A stretch of 64,000 bases of DNA. Source: Promethearchaeota archaeon Loki_b32. GTDB lineage: Archaea; Asgardarchaeota; Lokiarchaeia; Sigyniarchaeales; SOKP01. The DNA lies in the NCBI GenBank assembly GCA_005223125.1, contig NJBH01000001.1:64001-128000 (forward strand). The letters run 5' to 3'. This document shows, piece by piece, positions 51,849 to 62,153 of this stretch. A program made the position numbers and the translations under genes. A model generated the notes under the pieces. That model ran no database searches and was not told the origin of the DNA. It worked only from the letters and a program-made list of their open reading frames with translations. How positions within the stretch are numbered: the first letter of the stretch is position 1; the number at the start of each line of letters is the position of its first letter.

Positions 51849-52355
51849 ATGTCAAGAAATAACTCTTCATCCTTCAAAGTTAAACTTAAAATCCAAATGA
51901 ATAATTTAATAACTATTTATGAACAAAAAGCTGAATGTGGCATATTCTTTAAGCTTAATCCAAATAAAACACCTTTAGAGATTCTTGGGGTATTAGACTT
52001 TTTAAAAGATAAGATGAAGAAATGGGGGAATACGAATCTCTTTAGTTATCATGGTCGACTATTTAGTGAAGGAGATGTTCTTGTAGTCGGAGCTAGAAAT
52101 TTAGAAGAAGCTATAAGTATAATAATATATATGTATTTAACCAACATCGTTGACAATGAAGTTGGAATTAATTATCTAATTGAAAAGTTAGGGTCGTCAA
52201 GTGATCTTGAATTTTTTTTAAGAAATGAAATTTCAGATTATATAAAGACAGGGTTTCCAACAAATCCTGATTTGGAATTTGAATTAGTAAATCACTTAAA
52301 TAAAATAATCAATATTAAGAACAATAATACATCTATCAATAGTGGAAAAAACTAA
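51849..52355 (+). CDS. Hypothetical protein
   Basis: 168-aa ORF. Confidence 0.6.
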   Translation: MSRNNSSSFKVKLKIQMNNLITIYEQKAECGIFFKLNPNKTPLEILGVLDFLKDKMKKWGNTNLFSYHGRLFSEGDVLVVGARNLEEAISIIIYMYLTNIVDNEVGINYLIEKLGSSSDLEFFLRNEISDYIKTGFPTNPDLEFELVNHLNKIINIKNNNTSINSGKN

Positions 52356-52379
52356 TCTCTTACTTATTTTAATCTAACG

Positions 52380-53660
52380 TTAAATAAGTTTTTCGTTTTT
52401 ATGTCTTTTAACATTTCTAGAGAGATATATAAGAGATAATAAAACAGCGAGTCCAAGAAATACTAAAAACACATGAATTCCATATATAAACACCTCGACA
52501 ACATATCCAGCAAAAATAGGGGTTAACCCAAAACCAATCCCTACTACTATTTCATTTATTGTAGAATATTTTGAAGTGTTTTCTGCTGCTCCGTATTCAA
52601 GCATAATTTTCATTCCGCAACCATGAATTAAACCTAAAAATAGTCCAACAATTGGAGTTACTATTGAAATATATAGTATATCTCCTGCAAGAAAAATTGT
52701 AAGAGCAACTAAAACAACAACAAAGATACTTATTAAAGAAGCTATTTTTCTGCGATATACTTTCATTGAATTTATCCAAGTTAGACCTAATAGTTGCATG
52801 AATTGAATTCCACATTGGACAAGATAAGTTAGATAAGGGGGTCTTCCAAAAGCTTTTAATAGTACTGGATACCCAAAAATAAAAACGGATTTCGATATAG
52901 CTAAAAACATAATACTAACCCAAGAGAAGAGTACAGGGTAAACAATCATAGGTGTTTTCGAATTAATAACAAAATCCTCTTCAATATCTAAGTGGGAAAT
53001 TGGATCTTCTGATTGATAAATTATGGTTTTATTTGAAATCTCAGTTTTTGTGTCCTTTTGTATGAAAAAACCAATTGGAATTAATAAAAATGATAATAAC
53101 CAAGAAACATTCATAGCAAAATAATCACTCCAAGATAAAGCCCAAAGAAAGCCGACAAGTAGGCCAATAATGAAACCCGAATTCCATGAGAGATTAAATA
53201 ATGCAAAATTCTTTTTTGATTTTTTAATACTACTTACTTTTTGCCACCTACTTAATAGGTTAAGACAATTAGGCCAAAATAATCCCATTGTTAGCCCCAA
53301 TAAAATTCGACACACAATTAAGAACCAAGCTTCAGGATAAAATATTTGAGCTCCAGTTAAAACTGGTGTTAAGAAACAATTTAATAAAAGAGCATTACGA
53401 ATTCCTAAATATTTCTTAGTAACAAATTGCCCAATTATAGGAGCAATAATATATGATAGTGCTCCTGCAGAAGATATGAAACCTAATGTACTCTCACTTA
53501 TATCTATAACAAAATAGAGATAGTTTGATAAAGCTCTTTCAAATATAGAAACATAAAATAATCGTATAAATGCCAGTAAAAAAACTGGCCATACTCGATA
53601 AGCATCTGATGAGTTATTAGCAAAGTTATTTTTGTTTCGGGCTTTATATGATGTTTCCAT
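52380..53660 (-). CDS. MFS transporter
   Basis: About 12 TM helices, RILLGL motif. Confidence 0.85.
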   Translation of the reverse strand: METSYKARNKNNFANNSSDAYRVWPVFLLAFIRLFYVSIFERALSNYLYFVIDISESTLGFISSAGALSYIIAPIIGQFVTKKYLGIRNALLLNCFLTPVLTGAQIFYPEAWFLIVCRILLGLTMGLFWPNCLNLLSRWQKVSSIKKSKKNFALFNLSWNSGFIIGLLVGFLWALSWSDYFAMNVSWLLSFLLIPIGFFIQKDTKTEISNKTIIYQSEDPISHLDIEEDFVINSKTPMIVYPVLFSWVSIMFLAISKSVFIFGYPVLLKAFGRPPYLTYLVQCGIQFMQLLGLTWINSMKVYRRKIASLISIFVVVLVALTIFLAGDILYISIVTPIVGLFLGLIHGCGMKIMLEYGAAENTSKYSTINEIVVGIGFGLTPIFAGYVVEVFIYGIHVFLVFLGLAVLLSLIYLSRNVKRHKNEKLI

Positions 53661-53756
53661 AGAAATAAACCAACCCTAAAAAGTTAAGATGTAAAATAAT
53701 GATTCCCTCATATATTTTATGAACTAGCTAAAAATGCCTATTTCGAGCATTTTAGA

Positions 53757-54371
53757 TTATTTTCTTAATTTTGGCAGAAACATTGGTACTTTTTTCTTAT
53801 AATCCTCATATTCATTGCCAAATTCTTTGATTAACTCCTTCTCTTCTTTCCATGAAATGAGGAAATTTAATAAAATCACAATTGGAGTAGTTATTAAAGA
53901 ATAGAAAGAAGAAAGGAGAAAGCAAATACCTATATGTGCCAAAATTCCTCCAAAATATTGGGGATGACGAATTACTGAGTATAACCCTGAGGACACAACT
54001 TTTTCTGCTCTATGTGTTTCTGCAACTTTTAGAGATGTTTCTTTTACACTTCCTATGCCAAACCATGCACCGATTAGAATAAAAGGGATAGAAATCATGA
54101 AATGCATCAATGGAATTGATAAATTTATGATAGGAATATCTAATACTATATTTTCTAATATTGGTAAAGTAAAATGAGGTTGAGGTGAAAGCCAAACTCC
54201 AAACCAAAAAATAAAAAAACCCCATCCTGAGAACATACCGAGAGCGTCACCAATTTTAGTTCCTTTATCTTTTCCATACTTATTCTGAAGTTTTATATGT
54301 TCAACTGAGATAAAATGAAGTGGTACCATTACACACATGCCAAGAATAAATATTATAAACCAAAAATACAT
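53757..54371 (-). CDS. Isoprenylcysteine carboxylmethyltransferase family protein
   Basis: SGLYSVIRHPQY and EEKELIKEFG.EY..YKKKVP motifs. Confidence 0.85.
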   Translation of the reverse strand: MYFWFIIFILGMCVMVPLHFISVEHIKLQNKYGKDKGTKIGDALGMFSGWGFFIFWFGVWLSPQPHFTLPILENIVLDIPIINLSIPLMHFMISIPFILIGAWFGIGSVKETSLKVAETHRAEKVVSSGLYSVIRHPQYFGGILAHIGICFLLSSFYSLITTPIVILLNFLISWKEEKELIKEFGNEYEDYKKKVPMFLPKLRK

Positions 54372-54493
54372 GATATTACTTTTATTAGAGATTTTTTTTA
54401 TTTGAATCTTTATGTGTAAGATTTCCAGGACAATTTTATCCGTTTACTCTTATAATTATTAAATGAATACCAAAAAAAAGATAATGTTATTTT

Positions 54494-55024
54494 TTATTCG
54501 TTTGCTATGTATCTTTGAATACAACTTTTATCTCCCTTAGTAAGCATGTTTGGTACTTCTATTTTAAGTTTGGGATTGTATCCTTTTAAAATAGCTTCAT
54601 CAATATAATCACAGTAGATTTTACCATATTCTAATTTATCCCAATCCTTACACCCATCACAAAAGACACATTGTCTTATTATAAGCTCCACATTACCATC
54701 TACAATGTTAATTTTGTATTTTGTGGTTTGATCGCCATCGAAAGTGCTGTATATAAAATAATTCTTTAATGTTAACTCTTTTCCTAGTGATTTCACAATT
54801 TCTGCAATTTCTTGACCCCTTCTTTCTCCGAATTTCTCAACAGCATTTATAATGGTTTCTTTCCCTTTCTCTCCAAATTGGGAAATAACCTCTTCTGTGA
54901 GGTTACAAAAAAGTCGGGCAAAAAAGTTAAATAAATTAATTTTATACTTATTTCCAACTTCTCCCATTTCTATTAAAACATCCATTAAATCTTCATTTGT
55001 GAAACCTTTACTCTCATTTGGAAT
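54494..55024 (-). CDS. L-2-amino-thiazoline-4-carboxylic acid hydrolase-like protein (probable ATT start at 55024; first ATG at 54985)
   Basis: FGERRG, CVFC, YCDYIDEAILKGYNP and GDKSC motifs; GAGGTG RBS 8 nt before the ATT. Confidence 0.8.
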   Translation of the reverse strand: MPNESKGFTNEDLMDVLIEMGEVGNKYKINLFNFFARLFCNLTEEVISQFGEKGKETIINAVEKFGERRGQEIAEIVKSLGKELTLKNYFIYSTFDGDQTTKYKINIVDGNVELIIRQCVFCDGCKDWDKLEYGKIYCDYIDEAILKGYNPKLKIEVPNMLTKGDKSCIQRYIANE

Positions 55025-55229
55025 TTAAAACACACCTCATTTTACATTTATGTTAATATAATAAAATAACATGATAGGCAAATATATGAATTATTTGATA
55101 AAAACAAAACGCATCATTTTGGGGCCACTTAGAAATTATACGAAACTCATTTTAGGAAAATCATTTAGCATAAACTTATTAGAAAGAAATACTTACATTT
55201 CATAACCCCGATTTGTATAGGTTTTTTAA

Positions 55230-55484
55230 ATGGGAAAAGGAACAGTTAAATGGTTTAACAAAAAAAAGGGCTATGGGTTCATAACTCCAGATGATGGGTC
55301 TCCTGATATCTTTGTTCACTATTCTGCTATAGAAGGGGAATCTGATGAATTCAAGATTGTTTATGAAGGAGATATCGTGGAATATGAGATTACAGAAGGT
55401 GAAAAAGGACCACAAGCTACTGATGTGACTGTAACTGAAAAAGGACCTCGAACAAGTACCCAAGGCCGAAGATCTTTTTATTAA
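55230..55484 (+). CDS. Cold-shock domain protein (CspA family)
   Basis: [22 protein letters not shown] and KGPQA motifs. Confidence 0.95.
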   Translation: MGKGTVKWFNKKKGYGFITPDDGSPDIFVHYSAIEGESDEFKIVYEGDIVEYEITEGEKGPQATDVTVTEKGPRTSTQGRRSFY

Positions 55485-55729
55485 TAAGATTGGTTAATAA
55501 TTAGAAGAAAGAGTAAATGGTTTAAGTATTAGGAATTTTGGAAGATATGAAATATATGAAAAGGGGTTCTTGACTTTTTTTAGTATTATTTTATATCTTA
55601 CAGATTCTCTTTTTTTTATTTTTATAATTTTAAGGATTTTTTCTATTATAAATCAATATTAGAGGAATTTGAATTCTATAATTAGAAAATATCTAATAAT
55701 TTAAAAATAGAAATAAAATTTTATGTGTA

Positions 55730-56314
55730 TCATTCTTTTTTGTAATTATTTCCTACAACAAATGCTTTACCAATGTTCTCAGAAAGTTTCCAATAATAGT
55801 TATCAATTGAGTATAATATAGGATTTAGTTTTTGAATATCAGGAATTTCATTTGTTAAGTAATAATCGTCTGCGTAAGCTTGTATTATTTGCCCAATAAA
55901 AATTTCATGACTTTTTTCTGCCCCAGTAATCTCCTTTGTAGGAATTGTTTTTATAACCTTACATTCAAGATTTAATGGAGCATGCGTTATCATTGGTGCT
56001 GTCTTTAATTCTCCGTAAAATACGTCAAATATCTCTGATTTATCCACTTCCTCTCCGGAATTTATCCCACAATAATCTGTAATTTCAATCATGCCTTCGG
56101 AAGGTGTATTTACACTGAATGTTTGGTTTTCTTTTATACCTATATTTGTATAATGAGTTTCATAGGAGGATATAGAAATCAATGGTGGTTTATGTTCTAC
56201 AATACCAACAAAAGCGAGTGGTTCAAAGTTCGGCTTTCCGTTTACGGTTGCCCCAACAAGCACAACAGGCATAGGAAATAAATAAGGTCCTATTTTAATT
56301 TTATTTTTCATCAT
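55730..56314 (-). CDS. Flavin reductase family protein
   Basis: PMPVVLVG, LECKV and HEIFIG motifs. Confidence 0.88.
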   Translation of the reverse strand: MMKNKIKIGPYLFPMPVVLVGATVNGKPNFEPLAFVGIVEHKPPLISISSYETHYTNIGIKENQTFSVNTPSEGMIEITDYCGINSGEEVDKSEIFDVFYGELKTAPMITHAPLNLECKVIKTIPTKEITGAEKSHEIFIGQIIQAYADDYYLTNEIPDIQKLNPILYSIDNYYWKLSENIGKAFVVGNNYKKE

Positions 56315-56389
56315 TATAATCTTTTTATGATTATTTTATTTATTAATCCAATTATTTTAAATTAATAGTTCATATATTTGAATTTTCTG

Positions 56390-57910
56390 TTAGATTGTAT
56401 ATGATTCATTGTCTTTCAACAGAACAGCATTTTCAAAATTATTACTAAACCACTCAGGGGAATCAGTGTGTACAGGAATAACAATATCAGGATCTATATT
56501 TTCAATTGCTTTAATTAAATCAGATTTTGATACATGTCCAGAAGCATGATAACCTTTAGTAAATCGAGGTTTAAATTTATTATATTCCTCAATAATGTCA
56601 AATCCAACAATCTCAAAATCAAAAAATTTAAGCCAATTGTTTAAACGAAGAAAGTCAAATTCAGACTCTTCCTCGAATGCTTCACTGGAAGAATAAATGT
56701 ACAGTCCTTTATTTGGCTTAATATCTAATAAATTTTTAATGTCATAAAGAGAAAAACAGATCATAAATTTATCTTGTTCTTTTGATATATCGGAAGGATC
56801 TATAAAATTTACTTCTCTTTCTATATTTAAAAGGAATTTTTCCCAACCTTTGCTAGTAATTTTTAAATCTCGATAAACTCTTAAATCCTTTATCCTATCA
56901 ATATTGTCTGCTTTATTAAGAGCATTAAGTAAAAATGCATCTTTAGCAGTAATTATCATTGTTCTTCCTAATTTTTTAGCAATTAAATCAAACATTTCCA
57001 GTCTCTCAAAATTTCGTGCAGTGAAATCTGCAACAATAAGACCCTTTGCTTCCTCAGCTGTTTTTAAACAATTATTATATACAATCTCCTCAGATTCATT
57101 GATATCTCCTCTTGCAGCTCTAGTCCCTTCAATTATTAAGATAGATGCGTCTTTGGCATTTTTGAGGAACTCTTCACTCTTATTTCGCTTTTTTCCATGA
57201 AGTCGAAAATCGCCAGTATATGCGACAGTGTTATCACCAGAGATAATATAGGCTGTTGCTCCATATATTGAATGATCTACCTCATAAGCGTTTATTTCAA
57301 AACTAGAAGAGTAATCTTTTAGGAGTGATAGATTACCTTCATCGAATTTTTTTCTGCTTTTAGTAGTTAATGTAAAGAAATCATGAAGTGATTCGGAGAA
57401 ATTTTCTGTACAAATGAAATCACGGCCAATATCCTTATATCTATCAGTTTCCAAAATTCTCCCATCTCCTTTTGGTGCCTTAAGTGAATAATAAACTACA
57501 TCAGAACCAAGCATAGGAGAAGAACTATCTATCAATGCTTTAAGAAGCATAATAGTAGAGGGAGATGCAATAATAGGATAGTCTGGTTTAAGCAAACCAA
57601 TATTTCCACAATGATCCATATGTGCATGACTGAGAAGTATAGCCTCCACATTCAATGATGGATATGAAGAAATATCTAAATCTCTAGGGATTAAATCTTT
57701 TCTGTAGATATCAAGTTTAGGGATTAAATTTAGATAAATAAGATCATGTATCCCTCTCATAGATCGGGGGGAAATAAACTGTTGGAAAAAATCTCCATAT
57801 TTTTTGAAATTCATGCCAAAATCAAGGAAAATTCCATGACCTTTTTCTTCAATATATATTTTATTTCCTCCAATTGTATTATTTCCATCAAAAATTTGTA
57901 TAGATGTCAT
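56390..57910 (-). CDS. RNase J-like MBL/beta-CASP ribonuclease
   Basis: IGGN, SHAHMDH, VDHS, YTGDFR, EGT, HASGH and PVHT motifs. Confidence 0.88.
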   Translation of the reverse strand: MTSIQIFDGNNTIGGNKIYIEEKGHGIFLDFGMNFKKYGDFFQQFISPRSMRGIHDLIYLNLIPKLDIYRKDLIPRDLDISSYPSLNVEAILLSHAHMDHCGNIGLLKPDYPIIASPSTIMLLKALIDSSSPMLGSDVVYYSLKAPKGDGRILETDRYKDIGRDFICTENFSESLHDFFTLTTKSRKKFDEGNLSLLKDYSSSFEINAYEVDHSIYGATAYIISGDNTVAYTGDFRLHGKKRNKSEEFLKNAKDASILIIEGTRAARGDINESEEIVYNNCLKTAEEAKGLIVADFTARNFERLEMFDLIAKKLGRTMIITAKDAFLLNALNKADNIDRIKDLRVYRDLKITSKGWEKFLLNIEREVNFIDPSDISKEQDKFMICFSLYDIKNLLDIKPNKGLYIYSSSEAFEEESEFDFLRLNNWLKFFDFEIVGFDIIEEYNKFKPRFTKGYHASGHVSKSDLIKAIENIDPDIVIPVHTDSPEWFSNNFENAVLLKDNESYTI

Positions 57911-58093
57911 CTTTTTGGTAAAATTTTTTGTTTTATTAATTAATGTCCATCCCTAAGATATTACTATAAGAATCCTTTTTAATTGATTACTTTTTTTAAT
58001 TTTATCTAGAAATTTTATTAATGTTTAGTTCTTGTAATGCATTAGCTTATTTTGTGAAATTCATTTTTCATAAATCCAATGAGATGAAAAAAT

Positions 58094-59599
58094 ATGGAAC
58101 ATAGAGTAAAGTTAACATTTTATGGGGGCATAAATAAAGTTGGTGGAAATAAGGTTCTTTTGGAGGATCTTGGTTATGATGTAAAAATATTTCTAGATTT
58201 TGGAATAAATACTAGTGAGTTTTCCAAGTTTCGAAAAGATTTCCCTTATACTAATGAAATTAAAGCATTAACAGATTGTCATGTATTACCTCGAGAAATT
58301 GATATTCCAATTAAAGACATTTATTCAAAGTACTTTATATTTAATCATACTAATTCACAATATCCTCAAAAAGTAAAGGAGTGTGAAGGAAAAGTCGATC
58401 CTCCAACAGATCTTGATGGAATTTTGATTTCTCATCCTCATAGAGACCATTATAGAGGTATATCATTTGTAAATCGTAACATACCAATTTATACAGGAGT
58501 AGTTACCAAAAGAATTATCAAAGCGTATTCAAGAAGTTCAGCTCAAAGATTTGAAAATTTCTTACATGGCTTAAAGTGGATACTGTTTAGGACCGGAAAT
58601 GTTATCCAGATTAAGAAATTGGTGATTTACCCTATTCATGTTGACCATTCAATACCTGCGGCTTATGGTTTTATTATTTGTACCTCTGCTGGAATCATTG
58701 TCTATACAGGTGATTTTAGAATGCATGGCCCCCTTCAGTTAATGACTGCTGATCTAATAAAGAAAGTTAAGGATGTATGTAAAACAAAGGGACAAATAGA
58801 AAGTGATTTTACATATAGAGAGGGAAGAGTAATTGCACTGATTTGCGAAGGAACGCATATACATAAAGGTTCAATTGAATCCGAAAGAATTGTAAAAAGG
58901 CATTTAAGAAAATTATTTAAAATTATTCCTTTTGATTATGCTATTGTTCAGTATGGAAGAGTAGACTGGGATCGATTCAGAACTTATGTCGATATTGCTA
59001 AAAAATATAATTGGAAGTATATAATTTCCGACAAGGATGCATATTTTTATAATCGTTTAAATAAAAAAGCAATATATGATTCTATGAAAGATCCAAACAT
59101 AGAAAACACTGATAATATTGTTATTCTCTTACAAGAAAAACGTAAATTTCAGTGGAAAGAAGATGTTAATCAAATGTTAAAAAATATTGGAAAAAGTGAA
59201 AGAATTATGCATTTAAGTGATTTAAAAGATTTAAATAAAAATTTTTTCTTATATATTACCTCTATTTATGATTATGATATAATTAAGAATTATTTACCAA
59301 AAGATTTAAGAGGAGTATTTATTTCTTCCAACGTAGATCCATATGCTGAGGAATATCGAATGGATAAAAGATTTATTTCAACAGATTTGTTAGATCGTGG
59401 TGTTCCTTCTTACCGTGTTCATGCTTCGGGACATTCAAAACCACATGATATAATTAGATTTGTAAACGAGATTAATCCTGAAAAATTAATTCCAATCCAT
59501 ACTGAGCATCCCGACTTTTTTAGAAAATTATTCAAGGGAGAGAGATTAGAAGTAGTCTTACCGATATATAATATTCCATTTGACATTACTTCTTCATAA
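58094..59599 (+). CDS. RNase J-like MBL/beta-CASP ribonuclease (divergent paralog)
   Basis: VGGN, SHPHRDH, VDHS, YTGDFR, EGT, HASGH and PIHTE motifs. Confidence 0.88.
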   Translation: MEHRVKLTFYGGINKVGGNKVLLEDLGYDVKIFLDFGINTSEFSKFRKDFPYTNEIKALTDCHVLPREIDIPIKDIYSKYFIFNHTNSQYPQKVKECEGKVDPPTDLDGILISHPHRDHYRGISFVNRNIPIYTGVVTKRIIKAYSRSSAQRFENFLHGLKWILFRTGNVIQIKKLVIYPIHVDHSIPAAYGFIICTSAGIIVYTGDFRMHGPLQLMTADLIKKVKDVCKTKGQIESDFTYREGRVIALICEGTHIHKGSIESERIVKRHLRKLFKIIPFDYAIVQYGRVDWDRFRTYVDIAKKYNWKYIISDKDAYFYNRLNKKAIYDSMKDPNIENTDNIVILLQEKRKFQWKEDVNQMLKNIGKSERIMHLSDLKDLNKNFFLYITSIYDYDIIKNYLPKDLRGVFISSNVDPYAEEYRMDKRFISTDLLDRGVPSYRVHASGHSKPHDIIRFVNEINPEKLIPIHTEHPDFFRKLFKGERLEVVLPIYNIPFDITSS

Positions 59600-59733
59600 T
59601 TTTTGTAAAAGCTTATCATTTTTATGCAATAATTTACATTTAAATCTCTTTTCTAGATTTTTTAATAATACTTATAGACTGCCTTTAAATTAAAAAACAA
59701 TACTTTAAATAAGAATTATCAATAGTAGAAAAC

Positions 59734-60969
59734 ATGAATCAAAATATCCAAGAACAACCTAATAGTTATTCAAAATGGCTTGAATTTGCAATATTTTTGC
59801 TATTTCTATTAGGTCCTTTGACTGGCAACATTATCAATGTCTTATTTAGTGTTCTTTCTACCGATTTTCAAGTCACACCGGGTAATATATTAATTGCTAT
59901 TCCAGCATTTATGTTTCCATTTGCTATTACACAACTTTTTTCTGGTGCGATTTCAGATATAAAGGGTAGAATCCCAGTATTAATTGTAGGGTTAGTTTTA
60001 TTTGGGATTGCAATGCTGACAGCGGCATTATCTTTTAATTTAGAGATGTATATTGTAGCAAATATTATAGGAGGAGTGGGTTTTGGTTTTATTAATCCTG
60101 TTCTTATAGCACTGATGGCAGATATTACAACTCCTTCAAATATTCCGAAGAAAATGGGATATCTGGGTGCGAGCGCAAATTTGGGGGTTGGTATTGGTCC
60201 TTTAATTGCCTCTCAGATGATTTTAATTAGTTGGCAGTCTATATATGTATTATTTATCATTATTACTTGCTTCTGTTTAATTTATTTTATTACTGTTAAA
60301 AGACCTCCTCAAAAAATCCCTGAAGAATCAGGCATTCATATAGTATTCTCTCAGCTTTCAATTGAATGGCGGCGAATTGCAGTAATTCTAATGATATTAT
60401 CTGCCTTTTTACTAGCTCATACATATATAGCTATAAATATCTGGACTTCGAAAACATTGGCAGAAGCGCATGTATTAAACGAAACGCTAATAGGAATAAT
60501 TCTTGGTTTAGCAGGTTTTGGAGCAGCAATAACGGGATTAATTACAGGGTATTTAATAAAATATAAGAGTGTGAAGGTCCCTTTATTCACGGGTTCATTA
60601 ATATTACTTTGCTCACTCACGATCTTATTGATTATTGGAGATATTTCCAATCCGGAAGCATTTACCTTTTTAGCAATAGGTTGGATCCTAGCAGGATTTT
60701 CCGGAGGAATGCTTTTTACCTCAATTACTTATTATAGTCAAGTTTTATCTCCTGAAAGACGTGGTGTTTTAGCAGGATTATTAACAGCAGGTTATTTTAC
60801 AGGGATTGCATTAGTCCCAACAACACTAGCACCATTCTCAAATGCTTTTGGTATTACTGGTATTTATAGTGCTATTCTGATATCATCTGTAATTTTTATT
60901 ATAGTTACAATTTTGTTATATAATTTAGCTAAAATTATAATTTCAGAAAACCAAAAAGCTTTACATTAA
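59734..60969 (+). CDS. MFS transporter (DHA1-like)
   Basis: GAISDIKGR motif A; about 12 TM helices. Confidence 0.88.
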   Translation: MNQNIQEQPNSYSKWLEFAIFLLFLLGPLTGNIINVLFSVLSTDFQVTPGNILIAIPAFMFPFAITQLFSGAISDIKGRIPVLIVGLVLFGIAMLTAALSFNLEMYIVANIIGGVGFGFINPVLIALMADITTPSNIPKKMGYLGASANLGVGIGPLIASQMILISWQSIYVLFIIITCFCLIYFITVKRPPQKIPEESGIHIVFSQLSIEWRRIAVILMILSAFLLAHTYIAINIWTSKTLAEAHVLNETLIGIILGLAGFGAAITGLITGYLIKYKSVKVPLFTGSLILLCSLTILLIIGDISNPEAFTFLAIGWILAGFSGGMLFTSITYYSQVLSPERRGVLAGLLTAGYFTGIALVPTTLAPFSNAFGITGIYSAILISSVIFIIVTILLYNLAKIIISENQKALH

Positions 60970-61097
60970 ACACATCTCTCTCTTTCTCACTGGTTTTTAT
61001 AGTTTTATCTAATTCTTTTCCTAATTCATCATTTGGGAAGTTTGTTTCGTTCACAAATATTAGAAAATAAAAGAAAATAAATATTTATTTTAGTTTT

Positions 61098-61424
61098 TTA
61101 AGATTTAATCATTATTAACATCATCTTAAACTTTTCTGGGGCATTTAAAGCATGTGGTTCATTTGCGGGTAATATTATCATTTGACCTTCTTTTAATACA
61201 AATTTTTCACTTGATATAAATATTTCAGCTTCTCCATCAAAAACATAAACTAGTGCATCAAATGGGGCAGTATGTTCACTTAATCCTTCTCCTTTATCAA
61301 AAGAAAATAAGGTTACAGTACCAACATCTTTATTAATCAAAGCTCTACTAACGACAGAATTTTCTTGATAATCAAGCATAGATCCTAAATTCATTTTAGC
61401 TTTCTTTGTATTTTGATTACTCAT
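61098..61424 (-). CDS. Cupin domain protein
   Basis: LSEHTAPFDA and PANEPHAL motifs. Confidence 0.9.
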   Translation of the reverse strand: MSNQNTKKAKMNLGSMLDYQENSVVSRALINKDVGTVTLFSFDKGEGLSEHTAPFDALVYVFDGEAEIFISSEKFVLKEGQMIILPANEPHALNAPEKFKMMLIMIKS

Positions 61425-61578
61425 AATTTTATCAATCTCATATATTCATTTATTTTATAAGAATTATAAAGAAAAATTCAATTTAAACATAAAACCGAAC
61501 ATGTTTAATTTGATAATTCTCAATTATCCCCTGAATACACATAGGAGATATAAAAATATTAAAAAGAAGAAAATCCAA

Positions 61579-61995
61579 CTACATTTCTATTGGAACACGC
61601 CATTCCACGCCGCATTCGCCGCAATGGTACTTTTTACCATACATACGGGGATAGTCACATATTAGGTGAGTTTTATCGAGTATTTCTCGTATAAGAGGTT
61701 TATTATTATTCCCACATTTGGGACATTCTCTTCTTGAAACTCCTTGGAGAATTTTTCCTTTACCCATTTCGAGAGGAACTACATCTTGAGAAAAGATTGA
61801 TTCTGAAATAACGATTTCTTTTTGTTGTTTAATAGGTTCAATTTCTGGCTCTGGTTGTACTTTATATGTCTGATCTCTGCTTTCTAATTCAGCAATTCTC
61901 TTTTTCAGAACTTCATTCTCTTTCATTAATTCTTTTATGATGATTTCGTATTCTTGAGGAGTAAAATCTTTTTTATCTGTCATTTCTTTACTCAT
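61579..61995 (-). CDS. Coiled-coil + C-terminal zinc-ribbon protein
   Basis: RRECPKCGN...YHCGECGVEW; ATG at 61995 is more plausible than the ORF-track start. Confidence 0.7.
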   Translation of the reverse strand: MSKEMTDKKDFTPQEYEIIIKELMKENEVLKKRIAELESRDQTYKVQPEPEIEPIKQQKEIVISESIFSQDVVPLEMGKGKILQGVSRRECPKCGNNNKPLIREILDKTHLICDYPRMYGKKYHCGECGVEWRVPIEM

Positions 61996-62153
61996 TTTTT
62001 TTAAGTTTATTTTGAATAAAAAAGTAAATATTCTATAAAAACATAATAGAGGTTGTATTAAAAAACTTAAGGAAATCAAAAATTAAAGGATGTAAAAAAG
62101 ATTTTTAAACTTTTAATTTATTTATTTTTATATTGTACTTGAGAGAGTGTATA

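Noticed and set aside
46330-54371. Rab-like GTPase plus two ICMT-like genes as a prenylation system
   Set aside because: The GTPase has no C-terminal Cys, ICMT/PEMT-like proteins are widespread in prokaryotes, and no prenyltransferase is present in the window.
60936-61055. 39-aa minus-strand ORF (MNETNFPNDELGKELD...)
   Set aside because: Too short, overlaps the end of the MFS gene and has no motif; possibly a gene scrap.
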